The notes beneath the pieces are model-generated. The model was not told where the DNA came from. It saw only the letters and a program-made list of their open reading frames with translations, and made no database searches. Below are positions 41,301 to 51,987 of a stretch of DNA of 64,000 bases, piece by piece. The position numbers and the translations under genes are program-made. The DNA comes from Octopus bimaculoides (taxonomy: Eukaryota): NCBI RefSeq assembly GCF_001194135.2, contig NC_068981.1, positions 129,537,227 through 129,601,226 of the forward strand. Reading direction: 5' to 3'. The number at the start of each line of letters is the position of its first letter. Position 1 is the first letter of the stretch.

Positions 41301-44300
41301 GTCTGCTCCAAGTTCAAAAACAAAGATCTCAAAAGCATATTCTAATGGGGATATAACAATTTTGTTTTAATTAACAACATAAGGAAATGATCACTGACTA
41401 TATTAAGAAACAATTTTATACACATTAATTAAACTCCTTAAAGTCGTGACAATACTAGTCCTCACAATCAGTGAATGCCTTACTGTGACTAACACCAGAG
41501 CCTACAGTTAAACAAGAACAGACTAAACAATAAGAAAACACATGCATAAACTGTCAGACTACACACCATCATCAATTAGCATCTGTTTCCCATGCTGGCA
41601 TGGGTTAGACAGTTTGACTGGAACTGGCAAACCGGAGAGCTGCACCAGGATCCAGTCTGTTTTGTCTTGGTTTCTATGGTTGGATGCTCTTCCTAATGCC
41701 AACCACCCCACAGAGAATAGTGGATGTCTTTTATGTGTCACTGGTATGGGTGCCTCTTACATGTCATCAGTACTGGCCACAACTATGATTTCACTTAGTT
41801 TGATGTGTCTTCTCAAGCATAGCAAATCACCAAAGGTCTTGGTCACTTATCATCGCCTCCATAAGACTCAACATTCTAAGATCATATTTCACCACCTCAT
41901 CCTACATTTTCCAGAATGCAATGTGATGCTTAACAGAGGTATGGCATATCCAGAGATTTAACTAGCTACTACTTAGCCATATCCAGAGATTTAACCAGCT
42001 ACTTAACCATAGGTTTGCTCAGAGTTGACCAGAGTTGTCCAACAGTAACAACATTAATTAGCTCATTATTAATATAGTCCTCTTTATTAATGCATCCATA
42101 TCAACTCAGCTTCATCATCAACATATCTCTTCAGTGACAACAGCCAGCCAATGCTGATGTTATGTAATTATGAATGTAATGCCTTTGGTTTTAGAAGTCA
42201 GCTACTATATTTCATATTTGACCAACTACACGTAAATTACAGATACTGTCAAATTAAAAAAAGATAAAAGAAACCATTAATAGTTCATCCTTATCCTCTT
42301 CCTCTTCATTTTTACATTTGCTTTCCATACTGACATAGGTTAGATGGGTCATCCTGGCTTTAACCCTTTAGTTACCATATTTCTGCAGAGATGCTCGGTG
42401 TTACTTTCAATTAATTTTAAATCAAGCTAGTGTTAGGAACATAAATTGTGACTAAGGTTTGGTGGAAGATTTTAATTCAGAACTTTTGAAAACAAGACAT
42501 TTGTACCACAGAGCCAGAGGTGGTTTCAGCTAGGTTAGTATCAAAAGGGTTAAGTCAGATCTTATTTCAAGTTACTGCCACTCATACTTCTTATTTTGGT
42601 ATTGTTTATATAATTTAATATTCCTTCCTGATACTAACTACTTTATGGAATGTATTGGATGCATTTTATTGAGGCAACCAGAAAGGTTATCATGTCCTTG
42701 ATAAGACTAAAAGGTCCTGTCACCCCAATGTTTCCTTTGCTCATTCAGCAACCACATACTAGGAGGGTAAAAATATACAAAATAATATATAATTAACAAA
42801 ATACATTTTCAAGTCATGATTGTTGTGAAGGGAAATCTGTTTGATGTTAGTATTGTTTTACAATTGGATATCATTCATAGAATACCAGTGGAGTTTACTT
42901 TGTATGTTAGGTACACAGACAAACAAATTAGGTGAAATGAAACAAAAATCTACTTACTCTTCATGCTTTATACGAAGATCATTGTAAAGTTTTTCAAGAT
43001 CTTCTTTCTCTTTTTCTCGTTCTAAATTTACTTTGTTCATCAAAGTCTGAACGGAAATTAGTTCTTGTTTTAGGACAGTTGCATCATCTTCTTCGGGTCT
43101 AAATACATAATAAAACAACAATTTTTTTTTGTTTCCACTTCATGTGTAGAAAAGATATATGGTAATGCAGAAATACAGAATGCATCTTAACATGAACACG
43201 TTTTTTTCTGTAGAAAAATACTGAATAAAATATATTTTCTACTTGCTGCTAGCCACTGAATGTGACCAGCCTAAGAAATAAAAAAGAATAGTGTAAATGG
43301 TAAAAAAGACTACTATTTCAAAGTTATGAAATGTTAGTTCAAAGTAAAGTACATAATCTGAAAAGAGGGTCTAATATTTATGAATGACTCATAAGCATAT
43401 CTGATAAAATCAGAAGTGTGTGTGTTTCTGAATGCATATACACATATATCATCATTACTTTTACATATTTTTTTATATGATGGCATGGATTGAACAAGAC
43501 ACCTTAAAGCAGCATTAAATGATTCAACCAATCTCCCCTAACCCTTCTGTTACTATATTTCTGTTGAAATAAGAACTTGGTAAACTAACTTAGTCTGTAT
43601 TAAGTTGGTATTTCAAACATAAATTTGTGTGAAACTTTGATGGAAGGTTTTAATTTAGATTACTTTAAAATAGGCAATCTATATCATAGAACATACATAC
43701 AGGCTTGTCTTTTACATCCATACAAACAGGCTTGTCCTTTACATCCATACAAACAGGCTTGTCCTCTACAGGTGCTGGTGCCACATAAAATGCCCTTGTG
43801 CCAGTACTGCATAAATGTACCTGTGCCAGTGGCACATAAAAAGCACCCAGCACACTCTGTAAAATGGTTGGCATTAGGAAGGGAATCCAGCCATAGAAAC
43901 CATGCTACAACAGACATTTGGAGTCTGGACAACTCTCTGGCTGGCCAGACTCTTGTCAAACCAGCCAACCCATGCCATCATGGGAAACAGATGTTAAATG
44001 ATAATGATGAGAACCAAAAGCAGTTTCAGGCAGGTTGGTATCAAAAGGGTTAACAGCAACAATGCTGGTCTATCTCTTATCAGGTAACCCATGGAAAGAT
44101 TTAAATCCAGCAATGCAAACTAATATAAAAAACATGACAGCTATCATGTTTGCATGACTTACAGAAGTGAGTTACAACTCACCAGGGAATCTACTGGAAA
44201 ACAAAATGGGTGAATTTAAATAGTAAAGTGACTTTGTTGGAGGCATAAATAATTTTTTTTTTACCTTAGAGAGAGTTGATTCTCTAATTTCTCAACTTGT

Positions 44301-45884
44301 TGAGTTTTATCTTCAAGTTGTTGCTGAAGAAATTAAATTAAAAATATTTAAACTTCAATAATAATTTTTAAAAAATTGATTTTCACTAATTATTTTTTTA
44401 ATTATAAATTGGGGTGGATTTGAAAATTTGGACATTTGCATACAGATTGTTGCATGGGATATCATCAATGCTATAATAGACTTAAAAGGAAGATGAAGCA
44501 AATGTTTGCTGAAACAGCACATTTTATTAAATTCTTTATTACTTCACATTCTATCTTAAATATGTTTCCAACATGTTACCTGGAGTTAAAGTTTTCAATT
44601 TCTGGCATATTTATGAGTTGAAATCTTACCACAATCTTTATAGTTAGCATATTCTGCTTCCTTTAGTCTACCTAACTGAGAACAGAGTCCACTCTTACAT
44701 TGCTGGTAACATTTCAAATGTAACACCATTTGACCCAACAATGTGTGTGTATGTGTGTATCTAAGTCATCTTTCCCTTTTTAAGCAAGTTGGTGTAATTT
44801 GAAGATCTGTTTTATTTCCATTAGGTCAAGTGGCCACTTAGTAGCCCCCACTCACTTGCTCACATTCATATATGAAAATCTGATGAACACATGATAGGAC
44901 CAAATGAGAAAAATTGGTGCACAAGATCAAATCATAAAGAAAGTATATTTAAAACAATTGAAAAGAAAAAAAATTAATCCCAATAAAGGAATAAAATAAT
45001 TGCTTCACCTTTAATGTAGCAATGTGATCTTCAAGAGCTGCTTTCTGTCCAAAAACCTCATCTGCTAAAGCTTTGGCTGTTACAATATCACCTGCCTGTT
45101 AAAGAAATAATAAAGTATTTATAAAAATAATAATGGTGTTAGAAATATTAGTAAAATTAACTGTACTTCCACCAATGACAATTTTGTACCTTTAGCTACC
45201 AGATTCCAAGAGTCAGTACATGATGGAACCAGTTCATGACAATCAACAGAATTCTGGAAATGGCATTATTTTTGACTTGTTTAAATTATTAATTCTGCCT
45301 GACAGTGGTGTTGCATACAGGAATATACTTGCAGTGAGGTGTACTTCAGCTTCTAAAGTCTTGAACAACAAGCAATAAGAATCCTTGCTAAAAATGATAA
45401 AGTGCCCACAATATCTTACAATCTTTCTTGGATATTCTATATACACCACATAGCAAAACTTGCATCTCAATATCTAACCTTCCTTTTCAGGGCCAGGAAA
45501 TACTTCAGCTATTTCATTTCCGTACTCTTGAGAATGCATGGATGTCTCAAAATCTCATTTATAATCCTCTTTAAGATTTTGTATATGCAATGGGATTCCT
45601 TTTGACACTTTGAAAAAAAAAAAGTGATCAGTATATACTAACAAATGTTCTAAAAATCATACTTTTAAAGGTTGGTTGCCATCGTTATACCAAACTTTAA
45701 TCCCAGCAAATGATCAAATAAAATAAAACTCCACGTAAAATAAGTTGGTATGTATAATAATAGCTTATGAGATTGATGCAGTTGATGTTTAGCTCAAACA
45801 TTTGAAGATCAATATTTGAGGGATAAAATCCCAGAAGAATATCATGATGTGGAGGGAAAACTATGTGAAGATTTAAGTGTAGTG

Positions 45885-45934
<50 letters not shown>

Positions 45935-48900
45935 CTGGGCGGAGATGGTATACAAAGGCTGGATGAAGACAGCTGTGTCACACCCTAGCAGTAGAGGGAA
46001 CCTGTGGAAGAGGTAGACCCAAGAAGACCTAGGATGAGGTGGTGAAGCATGACCTTCAAACGCTGGGCCTCACTGAGGCAATGACAAGTGACTGAGACTT
46101 TTGGAGTTATGCTGTGCTTGAGAAGATTTGGCAAGCCAAGTGAGACTGTAACCATGGCCTATGCCAGAGCAGCATAACCAGCCCATTTAAGAGTACCCTT
46201 CAATCATTGGGCAATAAACTCCACTTGCGAAGACTTGTTGAGGCAAGTGAAGTTGTCGGGGCCGATGACAGTACCACCTGATTGGCACCCATGCCAGTGG
46301 TACATATAAAGCATCATTCAAGCATGGTCGATGCCAGTGCCGCTTTCACTGGCCCTCATGCTAGTGGCACGTAAAAAGCACCCACTACACTCTCAGAGTG
46401 GTTGGTGTTAGGAAGGGCAACCAGCTGTATAAACTTTACCAGATCGGATTGGAGCTTGGTGCAGCCTTCTGGTTTACCAGCCCTCAGTCAAACTGTCCAA
46501 CCCATACCAGCATGAAAAGCAGACATTAAACGATGACGACAACGATGATGATGATACAGGGTTGGCCAAAAGTCACCTGACAGTAAATCAAAACAATTTA
46601 ATTCCAAGATTTATTTATGTTTAACAACTGAATGAATTTAATAAAAGCATCTAAATATGAAACATGAAAATTGTTCAAACTGAAATCCTTTCTGAGCGAT
46701 ACATTTTTCTATTTGAGTCAGTACAGAATTGCAGATAATGTTTATGGAATTTGGTTTTACTGTCAGGTGACTTTTGGCCAACCCTGTGTAAGTTAATATT
46801 TTTTGCTGTCAATATATTTTTGCATATTATTTCATAGTAATCAGACTGGAGCCTGGTGTTGCCATCCGGTTTCACCAGTCCTCAGTCAAATCGTCCAACC
46901 CATGCTAGCATGGAAAGCGGACGTTAAACGATGATGATGATGATGATGAAACCTTTTGTAAACAGTTTATTTTATTAATGCCTACTGCCTACTATGAGTA
47001 CTTAGTCAAAGTATGTGCATGGATGATACAACTGGACATCAACATTGGCTGTCACATTTATACTGCATCTCAGTAGTACCAATAAGTCATTATTATATAT
47101 TGGTTTCAAATTTTGGCACAAGGCCAGCAATTTTGGGGGTGGGGGTAAGTTGATTACATTGATTCCAGTTCTCACTGGTATTCATTTTATCAACCCCTAA
47201 AGGATGAAAGGCAAAATTGACCTGGGTGGAATTTAAACTCAGAATATAAAGATAGATAGAATGCCACTATGCATTCTGTCTGGTATGCTAACGAATCTGC
47301 TAGCTTTCCGCCTTAAGCCATTATTATATATTAAAATTCAAATTGGTAATAATAACTTACCAACTTTGCTGCCTTTTGTTCAATACCTGCTTTTACTTGG
47401 TTAACTTCTTCAAGTTGTTTTTTGGTTTCAGTTAAGTCTGTGGCCATAGCTCGCAATTCTTTAGCACCTGTTGACAGAACATGAAAAATATTAAGAGCAA
47501 TAGAAAAAAAATCAAACATGAAACTGTAAGTCCCTGCTGAAATGCTGAACAAATGTTTTTGCAGAAATTGAATAATTTCCCACTAGACATATGTTAAAAG
47601 CTAAACTGGAATTCATGAATAGAGAAATAAATTTTCCTTTGACAGCACCTGTGCCCAGCGTCGCCTTCCTGGCACTTGTGCCAGTGGCATGTGTAAAGAC
47701 ATTCGAGTGAGATCGTTGCCAGTGCCACTGGACTGGCTCCTGTGCAGGTGGCATGTAAAATATACCATTTTGAGCGTGGCTGTTGTCAGTACCGCCTGAC
47801 TGGCCTTCGTGCCGGTGGCGCGTAAAAGCACCCACTACACTCTCAGAGTGGTTGGCGTTAGGAAGGGCATCCAGCTGTAGAAATCAGATTGGTGCCTGGT
47901 GTAGCCATCTGGTTCACCAGTCCTCAGTCAAATTGTCCAACCCATGCTAGCATGGAAAGCAGATGTTAAACGAAGATGATGATAATGTTAAATTGTCAAT
48001 TTCTAAATACTTACTGACATTTTGATTTTCTTCAAAAGACTTCATCTGAACTCGGTAAAATTCAAATTCTTCTCGTTCCTGTTGGACAACAAAAACACAG
48101 CTAATAACATTTTAGTTTAACTATACATTTCTCTTTGTGACATATTCCTTATACAAGCACATGTGCATAAATTTAGAACGGTATTGAAATTGAAAGTATG
48201 TCTTTCATGTAAATTTGAAGATTATTTCTGACATAAATAAAGTGAAATGGATATAGATGAGGATGGAAATAAAGTTGTGCAATTAATCCTATTCTGTTAA
48301 AACAACCCACATGCACTCACAATACTTTAGAATGATACAACAACTTAGATTGCCATTTATAACAAAACTAAACAGTCATGGAACAGATAAACAAACTAAA
48401 ATAGAAGTCAAGCTTTGAAAATGAACCTCTTATATTTGCTGTTGTCTAATATGTTACCAGTTCAAAACTGTGACCAGTTAAAAAAAATTCATGAAACTTA
48501 TGACCATCTCTGCAATACAAATACATTCTTAGAGAGACACACATGTACCACTATATTTCCTTCTCCTTATGTACAGGTAGTGTTACAAGTCAACAAGGCT
48601 GTTCACCATGACTATGTCCTTTTATTTACACAATGTATCTTTATCATGAGGCATTGAGAAGGACCAAGAGAGTAATGGTGAGAGAAATGTGCGGAATGAA
48701 GCTGTTTGATAAGAGGAAGACTGAGGACTTGATGGGGATGCTGGGGTTGGAGGAATCAGTGGAATGGCTGGCAAGGGCGAATGGAGTGTGGTGGTATGGG
48801 CATGGATTGAGGAGGGATGAGGAGCATGTTCTGAGGAGGGTGTTTGAGTTTGAGGTAAATGGACTGAGAAAGCAAGGCCGACCAAGGAAAACGTGGAAAG

Positions 48901-51900
48901 GACAGGTGGAAGAAGAGATTGAGAGGGTTGGCTTGAGAAGGGAGGATGCCCGCAAGATGGTGAGACGGTGTGAGGGTGGCTGCTAAGGCCTTGAGGTAGA
49001 TCCGGCCACCCTTGTTAACTGGGCCAAAACCTAGATTTAAAACACTGGATGATGATGATGATCTTAGAGCTAGCCTCTATCCTAGCCAAACTCTTCAATC
49101 CCTTCTCCTCCTCTCTCTCTCCAAGGACATAGCTCAATCCTTGGAAACCTGCTGCCAGACATCCCAATCTTGAGAACAACCCTTCTGATCCTATCATACT
49201 TCTTCCAACATCTCAAAAGTGATGGGGTCAGCACAAATAACAATTGTTTCCAACACCTGGAATCTCTTTCCCTTCTTAATAACCATTATCAGTACAGAAT
49301 TTGTAAAACCAAATCTATTGGATATCTACTCATCTGAGTTACTCACCAGTGATCACTTACACAAGAGAAGTTTGGTGAAAACAACACAAGTACATACACA
49401 ACAGAACATACAAATGTAACATAACATACAAAACCCAAGCACACATACACAAAAACTTAGAAATATGTTTAGAAGTGAACATTGCTCTGTTACAAACAAT
49501 GCAATGGCATTTACCTTCTTTGTGAAAGGCATTGCACCATCAGTTCCCTCCTGGTATTTCTCAAGTTCTTTCTTTAACTCAGTGACATACCATTGCTCAT
49601 CTTTTAGCTGTTTCTTTAGTTCTTCCATCTGTGACCTGAGGGAGAGATTAATATCTTATTTTTAAACAAAATGTCCTTCTTCTCGTGAAAAGGAGAGTAT
49701 AGTCTATAGAATAGGCTCTAATATAATACTAGCATTTCTTTCTTCATTCCTGTTCAAAAAGTAGATATAAAATTGATGTCATCTTTTATTGCAGCCACAT
49801 AAATTGTTTCTGGACAAGATACATAATTCTTTAAACATCTGGTGCAGACAGTTAATACAAGGAATAATATTTTTTCTTCATAATATTTGGCAAGATAAGA
49901 AGTTTGAATCTGAAATTAAGGAACAAGGAAGAAGCATGAAATATACATATTTAACCTTCCTTTTGTTGCCTACTTATTATGAAGTTCTTAAAAATTTCTA
50001 GTCAGTGGAAATCATGTATAGCATATTTCATTCTTTGTAAAACTCATCAACATGACATAATCCAAGGTATATTAATTAAGCATCTTATGAAAAGTGAGAC
50101 ATTTCTTAAATAAAAGAAAATAATTGTAGCCTAGAAGAAATTATTTGTCTCAGCTTACTGCAATGAGAAATAGACAACAAATCTCTAGAGAGGTTACAAG
50201 CAGTAAAACTAGAAAACTATCCCTCAATGAATGATGGGTTAACTCAAACAAAGAACTTGAACTTAAACATACTAAGATATCATAAAACACAACCCAGTTC
50301 TATCTGCACCAATAAAAGTACTGAAAAAAATATTCTCTCAAAAAAGTTAAGGTATTGCTCATATCCTGGAAAAGCATTCTTTTACTAAAAAGTGATTAAG
50401 TGGGGGAAAAAGATATATGGTTAATACAGAACTTAAAGAATAACCAAAATATATAAAAGTGGTGCTGTCATAAGGCCTAGCACACTGAGCAGTTGGTTGG
50501 TGGCTCATGAATCTATGAATCCAGTGCTAACCTATGTATGCTGTAGCTCATTGTCAGTAAATAACTTTGATAGGCCCTAGAGTATTGCTTTGATTAGGAC
50601 TCTATAATGCTGTATAGATGGCTCTGTACTCAAGAGAATAATCCATAGAATGAAGGACATGTAATTCTCTTGTACTTAAGCTGAGAAGCAGTAAGTGAAA
50701 GCAAATGAAGAGATAGGTGAAACAGGCAGAATCAAAGGGATGTGAGAAGTAGATTGCAAATAATAGTACAAAACAAAAGGTGATGACATAAAACAATGAA
50801 GGGCAAGCGATTCAAGATTTTCATTAAGAATGAGTTTAATATAGCATGAAGCAGTTTAACAAAGAGGAGTTGAAAGAAATCTTTTCAAAATATTCAATAT
50901 CACTTATTTTTCCATCATTGGATGGGTTCCAAAGCATCTTGTCTCCTGTCATCTGGCAACAACACATATCAACTTCACAGTCACAGCCTTTACAACTGGA
51001 CACTCATCCTTTATCTAACCACCTTATGGGAAGGATAGTGGGAGCATTTTATGGTGCCACCAGCACTAATGAGATTGTTTACGGTAGGACTAAAGTGTCC
51101 CTTCCAGCCTATATTAGTTCTTATTTGGTGTTACTACCTTCCTAATGAGTTGCCTACACCTATGATGTTCGAGTCAATTTTGTTTATCACTCCCTTATTA
51201 TCACACATGTACATATATGTGCTCACTGAGCATTCTGTTACAACACTTATAGCAAGAAACATTAAGTTCACCAAACACATCTACTCATGCTATCTTTTCT
51301 AAGCAAAACTTTCTTAACATCAATATAGTAAATTTTCTCTACACCAACATTCACATCACTTACTGAGGACTCCCACAATTACTAACAGTATGTAGAAGAT
51401 ATATTCATAAACTATATTTTCTACACTATTATCTCAGTACTATAACTGACCACCTGTTTAATATTGGAATTAGGTTTTTTTTTTATATCTGCTTTCCAGA
51501 CAAACCTGGTGTAGGTTATATTTCAATCCTAAAGAAGACATGTATCTTAGATTCTCAGAAATATAGAAACTGGACTACATATATAGAAATTAGATGAAGC
51601 CAGTTTTATAAGACTATACAGGATAATTGTTAAATGAAGAACCAATTCAAAACCTCTGCTCTTTTGAATTTGTTACTTTCACCTAAATACATCATCCTTA
51701 CTGTATCTCACCTACATCCAGACTCAATACTAAACAATTTTCCTAATATTGTTTACCTATCTCACTAGAACCATCTATGTGGTCTCTCTAATTATGAACT
51801 TTCACCCCTACCACCACCACTGCAAATCAAATCAAATGATAATTACCATAATCTCATTCAGACATTTTGATTTCCCAAACTGAAATATTTACAGACTTTG

Positions 51901-51939
51901 CTTTGCCACATACTGGTGGCTACTGCTGCTGCTGCTAAA

Positions 51940-51987
<48 letters not shown>

